This document shows, piece after piece, positions 20,126 through 29,208 of a stretch of 64,000 bases of DNA (position 1 is its first letter; each line of letters begins with the position of its first letter). The stretch covers positions 192,001-256,000 of the forward strand of contig JAZDCY010000014.1 of NCBI GenBank assembly GCA_036679645.1. Direction: 5' to 3'. Source of the stretch: Gemmatimonadota bacterium (GTDB taxonomy: Bacteria; Gemmatimonadota; Gemmatimonadetes; Gemmatimonadales; GWC2-71-9). The position numbers were made by a program, and so were the translations under genes. Under the pieces are notes generated by a model. That model was not told the origin of the DNA and did not search any database. It was given only the letters and a program-made list of their open reading frames with translations.

Positions 20126-20294
20126 ACGCGGTCAGGTCGTCGTGGTCGACGTCCCGTTCTCGGGTGGGTCGGGCTCCAAGCTTCGGCCCGCCCTCGTCAT
20201 CAGCGCCGAGACCTTCCACCGAGACCTTCCCGACGTGATCGTCTACCCTGTCAGCAGCCAGCCTCGCTATTACGATCACGCTAGATCGGCTTGA
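20112..20294 (+). pseudogene. PemK/MazF toxin, 3'-truncated
   Basis: YKRGQVVVVDVPFS..SKLRPALVIS; only 60 aa, runs into convergent gene. Confidence 0.8.
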
Positions 20295-20831
20295 ACAGCT
20301 CCGTCAACGCTAGCTCGAACGGCGCGCCCGTTCCCGAAGGCACCCATTCAATGTGCTCACGCTCTTCGTGCGGAACCGTCGCTTCCGGAGTCCACACTTC
20401 GACCACTTGGGCATCCGGATCCACGATCCAGTAGAGCGGAATCCCAACTTCCTGATACAGGCGTCGCTTTGTGAATCGATCGTAACGGGCAGTCGACGGG
20501 CTCAACACCTCGACCGCGAGTTGGAGATGCTGCATCCGCGACCAGTCCATGGTCCGGGCTTCCTCGAGATCGACCACGAAGAGATCCGGTTGCACGAGAA
20601 TATATCCGGACCCCACGAGATGTCGGCTGGAGAAGCGAGCAGGTGCCCGCACGGCTCTGTCTCCAGATAGCGAAAGAGAGCGCTATGGAGCCGACCGACC
20701 ACGGTTTGGTGCCAGGCCCGCGGCGCGGGCGTCACGAGGAGTTCGCCGTGGACGGTCTCGTACCGTTTGCCGTCGTCGGGAAGGGCTCGGACCATGTCCG
20801 CAGTGTGGTACAGAGGAGCGGCCATACCCAT
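20281..20831 (-). pseudogene. Uma2 family endonuclease, frameshift near 20600
   Basis: LPDDGKRYETVHGELLVTPAP...HQ in one frame; VQPDLFVV, LAVEVLSPST, KRRLY, YWIVDP in the next. Confidence 0.85.
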
Positions 20832-20872
20832 AAGGTCTGCTCGGCGTGTTGGGGAGCGCAAGGGAAACGCGC

Positions 20873-22636
20873 CTACTCAAACCCCACCTTCGGCAACACC
20901 CGAAACAACCCAACAGCCCCCACCACCGTGACGACGGCGAGCACCGCCCCCAACCCGATGTTGCCGTAGACGAAGAACCCGGTAGCGAACAGTGCCGAGT
21001 AGACCGCGAGACATCCAAAGAACCACCCCGCGAGCCCCGCGCCGATCCCGCTATCGGGACCGTCACCCGTTACCACCACCTTCTTCCATCCTCGACCCGA
21101 GGGGCGGACCGTGTCGTAGAACGATTGGAGCGTGTCCCGATCGGCAGGTGGTGTGAGCGCGGTGACGCTCAGCCAGGCGACGGTCGTGATCGCGACGCCT
21201 ATGACCAACTGAAGGGATGCGTGCAGCGGCGCGAAACCCAGATTCTCGTGCGCGAACTGGAAGTACACGGCCACGACAAACGAAACGATCATCCCCGATA
21301 TCTCGCTCCACGCGTTTACGCGCCACCAAAACCAGCGCAGCAGAAAGATCAGGCCGGTGCCGGCACCGACCTGGAGCAGGATCTGAAACGCCTGTAACGC
21401 ATTCTCCAACCACAGCGACACGATCGACGCCAACACGATCAGGATCACCGTCGACCCCCGTGCCACCGTCACGTAGTGCCGCTCGTCCCGATTGGGCACG
21501 AGGAACCGGCGATAGAAATCATCGACGATGTATGAGGCACCCCAGTTGAGATGCGTGCTGATCGTGGACATGTAGGCGGCGGCCAACGACGCCACGACTA
21601 GGCCGAGGATACCGTGCGGTAGGAACACGAGCATTGCCGGATAGGCGAGGTCGTGGCCGATGATCGACGGGTCGAGATTCGGGAACCGCACGGCAATGGA
21701 GTCGAGCGTCGGATAGACGACCAACGACGCGAGCGCCACGATGATCCACGGCCAGGGACGGATCGCATAGTGGGCGATGTTGAACCAGAGCGTCGCGCGC
21801 ATCGCATCCCGCTCGTCGCGCGCGGCGAGCATGCGCTGCGCCACGTACCCGCCCCCACCGGGCTCCGCCCCCGGATACCACGTGCTCCACCACTGTACGG
21901 CGATGGGGATGATCAGCACGGTGGCCGCCGTGCGCCAGTCCGAGAAGTCCGGCAACAACGCGAGCTTGTCCGCTACCGCCGGGTTCTGGATCAAGGCGGT
22001 CAGGCCACCCACCTCCGGCTGCCCCACCGCAAAGTACGCCGCCGCGAGCGCGCCGATTATGGCAATCGCAAAGAGGAGTAGGTCGGTCACGACCACACCC
22101 CACAGCCCCGACGTAGCGGAATACAGCACCGTGACCGAGCCGGCGACCAGAACGGTCGTGTACCTGTCCACTCCCAACAGCACGCCACTTATCTTGATGG
22201 CCGCCAAGGTAACGGTCGCCATGATCATGACGTTGAAGAACACGCCGAGATAGAGCGCGCGAAATCCGCGCAAAAAAGCGGCGGGTTTCCCCGAATAGCG
22301 CAATTCGTAGAACCCCATGTCGGTAAACACGCCGGACCGCCGCCACAGTCTTGCATAGAAAAACACGGTACACATACCGGTGATCAGGAACGCCCACCAC
22401 ACCCAGTTCTGGCTCACCCCGCCGGTGCGCACTAGATCGGTGACCAGGTTCGGTGTGTCGGTAGAGAAGGTCGTCGCGACCATCGACGTGCCCAACAACC
22501 ACCACGGGAGCCGCCGTCCCGAAAGGAAGAACTCCTTTGTCCCGCTTCCCGCCCGACGTGCGAAGACCAGGCCCGCCACAAGCACTGTGATTCCATACAA
22601 GGAGACGACGAACCAATCCAAACCGGTGAGTTGCAC
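20873..22636 (-). CDS. Sodium:solute symporter (SSS family)
   Basis: FFLSGRRLPWW, SMVATTFSTDTP, YVAQRML, AAYMSTISTHLNWG; ~14 TM. Confidence 0.93.
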   Translation of the reverse strand: MQLTGLDWFVVSLYGITVLVAGLVFARRAGSGTKEFFLSGRRLPWWLLGTSMVATTFSTDTPNLVTDLVRTGGVSQNWVWWAFLITGMCTVFFYARLWRRSGVFTDMGFYELRYSGKPAAFLRGFRALYLGVFFNVMIMATVTLAAIKISGVLLGVDRYTTVLVAGSVTVLYSATSGLWGVVVTDLLLFAIAIIGALAAAYFAVGQPEVGGLTALIQNPAVADKLALLPDFSDWRTAATVLIIPIAVQWWSTWYPGAEPGGGGYVAQRMLAARDERDAMRATLWFNIAHYAIRPWPWIIVALASLVVYPTLDSIAVRFPNLDPSIIGHDLAYPAMLVFLPHGILGLVVASLAAAYMSTISTHLNWGASYIVDDFYRRFLVPNRDERHYVTVARGSTVILIVLASIVSLWLENALQAFQILLQVGAGTGLIFLLRWFWWRVNAWSEISGMIVSFVVAVYFQFAHENLGFAPLHASLQLVIGVAITTVAWLSVTALTPPADRDTLQSFYDTVRPSGRGWKKVVVTGDGPDSGIGAGLAGWFFGCLAVYSALFATGFFVYGNIGLGAVLAVVTVVGAVGLFRVLPKVGFE

Positions 22637-22639
22637 TGG

Positions 22640-23545
22640 CTACACCTTTCGGCTCGCGTGTGAAGCGCGACGCCACAATGTCGCGGGATAGCTCCCCGCT
22701 TCCATCAAATGCTGCAACCGGCTCGCGACCCACGCCCGGTCGTCGGGAAACGTGACGCCGACAGTCCGTTCATCGGTCGGCACCGCTCGGACGCGCGCCA
22801 CCCCGCGCTCGATCATGCCGTGGACTTGAGAACTCAATAGAAATTCACTCGCCTCCGCGTTGCCGGGTATCCGCCGAAACGTGTCGAAGACCGTGCGGAG
22901 TAACGGGAAAACCGCAGGCGTGAACGCCCAGAGATTCATCGACACGATCTCATTACCCGCAAAAGCGCACGGCTCGCCGTCGAGATCCCGTCCCACTATG
23001 TGGCCGTGGTCATCACGTGCAAGGTCACGGATCTCACTTAAGCCCACCACATACTCGTCGTCCGCGACGGCACAGACTGCCCGCGACACACCGCCGCACG
23101 GCGACAGCGTGTTCTCCAATCGGTACGCGGCCATCGCAAACGTATTCGGCGCCCGTTCCGCCCGCAGCGCATCCCACGTAGAGCGCAACGCCGACGCTCC
23201 GTAGAAGTCGTCGGCGTTGATCACCAGGAAGTCGGACCGGACTGCGGCGGCCGCTGCGAGCACGGCCTCCCCCGTACCCCAGGGCGCGGCGCGTCCGGGT
23301 ACCGGTTCCTGGAACGCGAACGCCACGTCGAGCACCGAGCCAAAGCTGCGTGCCACGTGGTGTTGGAAGGCGGATGCGAGATCGGGACGTATGACGATGA
23401 CAACACGAGTGCACCCGGCCTGAACGGCATCGTAGACCGCATACTCGAGGAGCGTCTCGCCGTGTGGCCCAAGCGGCGCTAGTTGCTTATGGCCACCGTA
23501 TCGGGTCGCCCGACCCGCCGCCAGGACGACGAGGGTGAAACTCAA
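22640..23545 (-). CDS. Sugar nucleotidyltransferase (NTP transferase domain)
   Basis: LVVLAAGRATRYGGHKQL, PWGTGEA, VINADDFYG, VSMNLW; TTG start overlaps upstream stop. Confidence 0.88.
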   Translation of the reverse strand: MSFTLVVLAAGRATRYGGHKQLAPLGPHGETLLEYAVYDAVQAGCTRVVIVIRPDLASAFQHHVARSFGSVLDVAFAFQEPVPGRAAPWGTGEAVLAAAAAVRSDFLVINADDFYGASALRSTWDALRAERAPNTFAMAAYRLENTLSPCGGVSRAVCAVADDEYVVGLSEIRDLARDDHGHIVGRDLDGEPCAFAGNEIVSMNLWAFTPAVFPLLRTVFDTFRRIPGNAEASEFLLSSQVHGMIERGVARVRAVPTDERTVGVTFPDDRAWVASRLQHLMEAGSYPATLWRRASHASRKV

Positions 23546-23817
23546 ACCCGCTGCGGCCGCTCGTCCAACTCGATGACCATGCCTCCAATCCGCGGCGCCA
23601 GCAAATTGTAGGTCACGGCGAACAGGTAGGTGGTCGCCCCCATCGCGATCGTCACGACGGGGCTCCAGACGACGACTACTACGACGGTGCCCCACTCGGC
23701 GGACCCGAACAGGGCGACCAACGCAAGAATAACGAGCCACATGGCTTGCATGACGAAGAACGTGGTCGCGAGCATGAACGAAGTGCGTCGCGCCTCGATA
23801 CGCTTGATCTCGATCAT
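23542..23817 (-). CDS. Small membrane protein (DUF3566-like)
   Basis: GGAGG RBS; two TM; YNLLAPRIGGMVIEL terminus. Confidence 0.65.
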   Translation of the reverse strand: MIEIKRIEARRTSFMLATTFFVMQAMWLVILALVALFGSAEWGTVVVVVVWSPVVTIAMGATTYLFAVTYNLLAPRIGGMVIELDERPQRV

Positions 23818-23879
23818 GGGAACCTCCTGCACCCAGTCACAGGGTTGCGCGCCGAACAGAGTCGGCCATACTATGTGGC

Positions 23880-24097
23880 GTACATGCCCGAACTCCAACC
23901 CTATCCGAGGAGGTGATCCCTTGTCCGACTGTAGACCCGGCGCCAGCCTGGTGTGGGCAAACGATCGCCGTTCGGTAAGCTGATCCAGAACCGAATCGCG
24001 ACTCCGCGCCGCTGATCGGACGCCATAGGGCGATCGTACCAGGCTGCGCGCAGGAACAACCGCGTCGTCGGGCATTCGGTCCCGACGGCGCGGTTTG
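23880..24097 (+). ncRNA. Candidate structured small RNA (possibly with 20-aa sORF 23921-23983)
   Basis: TTGCGC-16-CATACT promoter, nested long-range stems, closing terminator hairpin 24058-24095. Confidence 0.4.
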
Positions 24098-24107
24098 GCG
24101 TACGGCT

Positions 24108-24198
24108 AGGTGCTCAGGTGCTCAGGTGCTCAGACGCACAGACGCACGGACGCACGGACGCACGGACGCACGGACGCACAGATGCGCAGGCGCTCAGA
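24108..24198. repeat. 8-bp tandem repeats (GCTCAGGT grading into GACGCACG)
   Basis: Directly visible; same unit as 11668-11742. Confidence 0.88.
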
Positions 24199-24475
24199 CT
24201 AGCCCGTCGAGGGTCGCCGTCCCATTGCTCATGCGAATTGGGCGATGGAGACGAGTAGGTGACAACATTCGGGGAACGCGTCAAGGCGGGACGCTGGGTG
24301 CGAACACCCTGCACAACTCCTGTCAGCCAGCGCACGAGGCGTCGTTGGGAAGTCCGGTCGAGTTTGCCGCAATCGGGTATCCCGCCCCAACGCATGGGGA
24401 CTTGCGCGCTGCGTGCAAGGTAGGGGCGCACGCAGTGCGCTTGACGACTACCGTCCAAAATGCAACTTTTAGGGC

Positions 24476-24880
24476 ATGGTCACTACCCCAACCCGGGACC
24501 CGAACGAGGGAATCCATCGGTTTTTCGACGACCTACGTGCTGGACTCGATCGCAGGGCCTGGCACGACCGGCGGAAACAAGATCGGCGAGCGGAACCGAG
24601 ACGGATCAGCATCGACCGTCGCAGTCGGGCCGACCGCCGGGCGCTAGAGCGCCGCGATGAGGATGATCGCCGCCGCAGCGACTTCCAGCCGTTTACCCGA
24701 GACGAAATGTCGGCGATCGAGGCGATGCTCCACGGAGACCGCAAGCCGGTGGTCTGCCCGAAGTGCGGGGGCAACCTGCTGCTGGCCCTCCCCGGCGCGC
24801 GCGGCGCCAAGACGCCGCATGCGGTGCATGCGGTGCAGTGTACTGCCTGCCGCGGCCGTATGGCGATCGAAGCCGCCTAG
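24476..24880 (+). CDS. Arg-rich (DRR/ERR repeats) protein with CxxC...CxxC zinc ribbon
   Basis: Repeated DRR, then CPKC and CTAC; homologous to N-termini of 27413 and 29209 ORFs. Confidence 0.7.
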   Translation: MVTTPTRDPNEGIHRFFDDLRAGLDRRAWHDRRKQDRRAEPRRISIDRRSRADRRALERRDEDDRRRSDFQPFTRDEMSAIEAMLHGDRKPVVCPKCGGNLLLALPGARGAKTPHAVHAVQCTACRGRMAIEAA

Positions 24881-25455
24881 GAAGTGCGCGGTTCGAAGAA
24901 ATCCTCCGGCTCGACTCCGAGCCCGTCCGCAACGCGTGCGTAATAGTTGAATAGCGAGATCACCTGCACGGCGTCGTGGATTGCCCGGTCATCGAACCCC
25001 CGTCGGCGCAGCGCAGCGACGTCTTCGGCGCACATCGATCGTTCGTCACGTGTGAGTTTGGCCGCGAACTCGCACAGTGCCCGATCAGCAACCGGCAACT
25101 CGGCCGTGCGCCACGACCGGACAACTGCACGGACGTACCTATCCGCCTCATCGCTCGTCGCGAACTGCCCGGCGACCTCTTCCCGGAGGTCGTACGCGTG
25201 CGCCTGCGTTCAGTAGAAGCATTCGAGTTCCGCCGAGGTCACGGTGGCCAGCAACTCGCGTTGTGCGCGTGTGAGAGGCGATGGGCTATTCATGATCGCC
25301 ACATACAGATCCATGCTCGCCTTGAGGACGAGCGGGTTCTGGCTCATGATGTGGACGATGTGCCAAACCCGCCCGGCCCGGCGGAACGCCTTGTCGAATT
25401 CCCGCTTGAGCGGGCCGGTCGCCTCATCGAGGGGGACTTGATCGATCCAGGGCAT
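24877..25455 (-). CDS. AhpD/carboxymuconolactone decarboxylase-like peroxidase, probable selenoprotein (CFYU)
   Basis: LTRAQRELLATVTSAELECFY-TGA-TQAH continues in frame to ALCEFAAKLT...SLFNYYARVADGLG; hairpin after TGA. Confidence 0.85.
25173..25192 (-). promoter_or_regulatory. Candidate bacterial SECIS element
   Basis: CGACCTC-CGGGAA-GAGGTCG hairpin beginning 17 nt after in-frame TGA (25210-25212). Confidence 0.6.
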
Positions 25456-25481
25456 CAGCCATAATAGCAGGAGGAGTTGCC

Positions 25482-25691
25482 ATGTCACTTGGACCACGAA
25501 ACCGCTCAGCGCCGGAGATCGACGCGCGCCCCGGCCGGAAAGGCCACTTAGGCCCCTTCCCGGAGCCGCCGTGCACACCGCGGCCGCCTGCCGATCCGCC
25601 GCCAATCCGACTCCCCGACGGGTTCTGCACGACCGAGCCCGATGGGGGTCTACTCCGCATGCTGAGCGGCCTGTTCCGCACCCGGCGCTGA
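25482..25691 (+). CDS. Small Pro-rich hypothetical protein
   Basis: AGGAGGAG RBS, abuts next gene. Confidence 0.4.
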   Translation: MSLGPRNRSAPEIDARPGRKGHLGPFPEPPCTPRPPADPPPIRLPDGFCTTEPDGGLLRMLSGLFRTRR

Positions 25692-25695
25692 GGCG

Positions 25696-26364
25696 GTGAC
25701 CGCCGGCGCAGGCGACGCGGCCGTACAACGCGGCCGCCGTACGACCGTGCTCAGCATCGGCGTGGCCCTGGTGGCCAGTGTCGCAACCTCCACGGTCGCG
25801 CTGATCCAGCTCGATTACGATTGGACCGATGCCCCAGGCAGTACGCTCATGGCCATCGTGCGCTGGGTAGCGGCCCCGCTCGTTGTCCTCGTTCTTGGCG
25901 GGATTGTCTCGTCCGGACGTCCCTGGGCTCGCTGGGCGCTGACCGCCTTCCTCGCCGCTGGGGCGGCGTGGGTTCTGGTCCTCGCCGACTTCAACCGCCC
26001 CATCCTGCCGTTCGCGCTGGCGCTGGCCGCGGCCTGGGGACTGGGTGGGACCGCACTGGCGCTCACCCCGGGTGTCGCCCGTTTCCTCTGCCACCGCCGC
26101 CGGCAATGGTTGACGCAGACACTGGGACCACTCACGTGTATCGTCGATAGCGAGCGATGGCTCGACGTGCTGGCGGCCTGGCAGCGGGACCAGCTCATGT
26201 CGCGCCGGGAGCACCGCCGCGCCACTCGCGTCCTCGCGGATTGGCTGGACGCGCAGCAGATCTCGCCGGATCGGGTGCGCGGATTCCGGACCCGTCTCGA
26301 GGAACTCGGCATGGGCGATGGCGCGGAATCGGAGCAGATCGCACTCGGTACGGCGGTCAGCTAG
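25696..26364 (+). CDS. Hypothetical membrane protein
   Basis: Four hydrophobic segments plus soluble tail. Confidence 0.6.
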   Translation: MTAGAGDAAVQRGRRTTVLSIGVALVASVATSTVALIQLDYDWTDAPGSTLMAIVRWVAAPLVVLVLGGIVSSGRPWARWALTAFLAAGAAWVLVLADFNRPILPFALALAAAWGLGGTALALTPGVARFLCHRRRQWLTQTLGPLTCIVDSERWLDVLAAWQRDQLMSRREHRRATRVLADWLDAQQISPDRVRGFRTRLEELGMGDGAESEQIALGTAVS

Positions 26365-26462
26365 CCGCGCCGGGGCCGCGGGCGTATCGTTGGCTATTCG
26401 GCACCTCTACCGCGCCACGACACCGCGGCGCAACGGCCTGAGGGTCGAGACAGGAGACGAGA

Positions 26463-27338
26463 ATGTCATCGCCCGATACCGCACACGATACGGACACTCC
26501 CCGCAAGCCACGGGATGACGAGGTAGATGTCTATGGCTTGACGCACGTCGGGAAGGTCCGGAAGACCAACCAGGACCACTTTCTCATCTGCTCACTCCGG
26601 AAACAGATCGAGATCCACAACACGAGTCTCGAGGTGGAGAAGCTCCAGACGGAAGGCGACCGGATGGCTTTTCTCGCCATGGTCGCGGACGGTGTGGGTG
26701 GCGGTACGAAAGGTGAGATGGCGAGCCGAATTGCGCTCGAGACCGTGACGCGCTACGTGACGATGAGCATGCGGGCCTACCACGAAATCGATTCGAACGA
26801 CGACCAGGCGTTCCTCGACGCACTCCAGGAAGCCGCGTGGCAGTGCCACGCGAGCGTCGTGGCCGAAGCCGAGGCGGACTCGGATCGCCGCGGCATGGCG
26901 ACCACGCTTACTCTGTGGATCGGCGTCTGGCCCCGCGCGTATCTCCTTCAGGTCGGCGACAGCCGGTTCTATATCTTCCGCGACAACGAGCTGACGCAGA
27001 TTTCACGCGACCAGACGATGGCCCAGGAGCTAGTGGATCAGGGTGTCCTGACCATGTCCGGCGCGTTCAACACCAGGTGGGCCAACGTCCTCTCGAGCTC
27101 GATTGGTGGACAACAGACCGCACCACTCGTCACACGAATGGACCAGGATTGGAACAACGTGGCGTTGCTCTGCAGCGACGGGCTCACGAAACACGTGACG
27201 GACGAGCAGATTGCAGATCGCCTGCGCTCCTGGACGACCGCAAAGGAGGTGTGCGAGACGTTGCTACAGGACGCGCTGGATGACGGTGGGACGGACAACA
27301 TCACGGTGATCGCCGGGAGGGACGTCAAGAAGGACTAA
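26463..27338 (+). CDS. PP2C-family Ser/Thr protein phosphatase (copy 1)
   Basis: THVGKVRKTNQD, VADGVGG, GMATTL, VGDSR, LCSDGL, GGTDNIT. Confidence 0.95.
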   Translation: MSSPDTAHDTDTPRKPRDDEVDVYGLTHVGKVRKTNQDHFLICSLRKQIEIHNTSLEVEKLQTEGDRMAFLAMVADGVGGGTKGEMASRIALETVTRYVTMSMRAYHEIDSNDDQAFLDALQEAAWQCHASVVAEAEADSDRRGMATTLTLWIGVWPRAYLLQVGDSRFYIFRDNELTQISRDQTMAQELVDQGVLTMSGAFNTRWANVLSSSIGGQQTAPLVTRMDQDWNNVALLCSDGLTKHVTDEQIADRLRSWTTAKEVCETLLQDALDDGGTDNITVIAGRDVKKD

Positions 27339-27412
27339 CTTTTGCGCTCCGTCTCTCTGCGATTAAGTTGAACGGAGCACGGCATCAGGATTCATGATTC
27401 GCAGGGAGGCGA

Positions 27413-28210
27413 ATGCCGGCACGTCCATCCGGACAACGACGAAGGAGCGACCGTCGCCACCTTTTCGACCGGCGGTCACCGCTCCAGCGTCGATCGGCGC
27501 AAGACCGCCGCCGCGGCGAGCGGCGGGAACTGAGTCTCCGACTCGCCCAGGAGCGCCGCCTGCGACACGATCGGCGAACCGAGCACCGGCGCGAGGCAGA
27601 AGACCGGCGGGTCAATTCCCTGCGCCGTCACCTGCGCCGGCGGCGCGAGACCCCGACACCCTACACGGCCGACGAGCTGGCGATGGTCCGCGAACTCTTC
27701 TTCGTTCCAGGCCGGCGGCCAGTATGCCCAACCTGTTCCGGCACATTCTCCCTCGGCCGCCCGCGAGCCCGGGGGGAGGAGATCGTTCGCCGGGTACAGT
27801 GTACCGGCTGCGGCAAGGCCGCCATCGTGACAAACAGCCGCGCCCTACGCGTCCTGGTGATCGAACAGAAAGATTCCGTCCGGCGTGCGGTGCGTGAGAT
27901 CCTCGCCGGCGCCGGCCACGAGGTCATCGAGGCGGCCGATGCGGGCGTGGGCTTGCGTGCCTATGAAGCACGGCCGCCCGACCTCGTGTTCATCGATGTA
28001 CACGCACCGGGGCGCATGAATGCGGCGGACTTCGTGCGCAACCTCCGCAAGGCCTTTCCCGACGCGCGCGTCGTGGCGATGGCCGGCCGGCCGTCGTACG
28101 GCATGGTCGACCCCGCCATGGTGACAACCCAACTCGGCGCCATGCGCACCATCCGCATGCCGTTCTCCAAAGACGATGTCCTCCGTATCGTTGAAGAAGC
28201 CCGCCGGTAG
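27413..28210 (+). CDS. Arg-rich repeat + zinc ribbon + atypical receiver domain protein (copy 1)
   Basis: DRR/ERR repeats, CPTC/CTGC, REC fold with PDLVFID but MPF in place of KPF. Confidence 0.82.
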   Translation: MPARPSGQRRRSDRRHLFDRRSPLQRRSAQDRRRGERRELSLRLAQERRLRHDRRTEHRREAEDRRVNSLRRHLRRRRETPTPYTADELAMVRELFFVPGRRPVCPTCSGTFSLGRPRARGEEIVRRVQCTGCGKAAIVTNSRALRVLVIEQKDSVRRAVREILAGAGHEVIEAADAGVGLRAYEARPPDLVFIDVHAPGRMNAADFVRNLRKAFPDARVVAMAGRPSYGMVDPAMVTTQLGAMRTIRMPFSKDDVLRIVEEARR

Positions 28211-28229
28211 CGGTGAGAGGAGCAGCCGG

Positions 28230-29105
28230 ATGACCGAGCCGCGATCAACACCGGACCCGACAGACCGAAAGCCCCGCAACGACGAGATCGATGTCTTCGG
28301 GCTGACACATACGGGCAAGGTGCGCAAGGTAAACCAGGACCACTTCCTCATCTGCTCGTTGCAGAAGAACGTTGTCGTGCACGGGACGAGCCTCCCCACA
28401 ATAGAGGACCTCCCACTCGGCGGGGAGCGGGTCGCCTTTCTGGCCATGGTGGCCGATGGCGTCGGCGGGGGCGCCAAGGGAGAGACCGCGAGTCGTCTGG
28501 CGCTACAGGCCGTCACCCGGTACGTGGCCGACAGCCTGCGCTGTTACTACGACTCCAATGTGACGAACGACCAGGAGTTTCTCGATGCGTTGCAGAACGC
28601 GGCCATGGAAAGCCACGTGAGCGTGACGCAAGAGGCAGAGGGTCACCCGGACTATCGCGGGATGGCGACCACACTTACGGTCTGGTTGGGTATCTGGCCG
28701 CGGTCCTACCTGCTCCAAGTCGGCGACAGTCGCCTTTATTTGTTCCTAGACGGGACGTTGACCCAGATCACGCGTGACCAGACGATGGCGCAGGAGCTGG
28801 TCGACAAGGGAGTCCTGACGAGCTCAGGCGCCTTCAGCACGCGGTGGGCGAACGTGCTGTCGAGTTCCATCGGCGGCCACCAGACCGCACCGGTGGTCAC
28901 ACGGCTCGACCAGGCGTGGGGAGCGGTCGGGTTGATCTGCAGCGACGGCCTGACCAAGCACGTGTCGGACGAGCAGATCGCCGAGCGGCTCGGGAACATG
29001 ATATCCGCGAAACAGGTCTGCGAGGACCTGATTCAGGATGCCCTGGACGGAGGGGGAACCGACAACGTGACGGTCATTGTTGGTCGATCAGTCCGGAAAG
29101 ACTGA
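28230..29105 (+). CDS. PP2C-family Ser/Thr protein phosphatase (copy 2)
   Basis: Same motifs and same length (291 aa) as copy 1. Confidence 0.95.
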   Translation: MTEPRSTPDPTDRKPRNDEIDVFGLTHTGKVRKVNQDHFLICSLQKNVVVHGTSLPTIEDLPLGGERVAFLAMVADGVGGGAKGETASRLALQAVTRYVADSLRCYYDSNVTNDQEFLDALQNAAMESHVSVTQEAEGHPDYRGMATTLTVWLGIWPRSYLLQVGDSRLYLFLDGTLTQITRDQTMAQELVDKGVLTSSGAFSTRWANVLSSSIGGHQTAPVVTRLDQAWGAVGLICSDGLTKHVSDEQIAERLGNMISAKQVCEDLIQDALDGGGTDNVTVIVGRSVRKD

Positions 29106-29208
29106 CGGCCACCGGGCGGGACGACACAGATCATCTGGCGCGCAACCCGCGCGCGTGGTATAACACATGCTGTATTCCACTACTACGTTAACCTTGGTAC
29201 CTCACGCT

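Noticed and set aside
25210..26214. 334-aa ORF from the track
   Set aside because: Only the last 81 codons are real (AhpD-like N-terminus); the rest is antisense to 25696-26364
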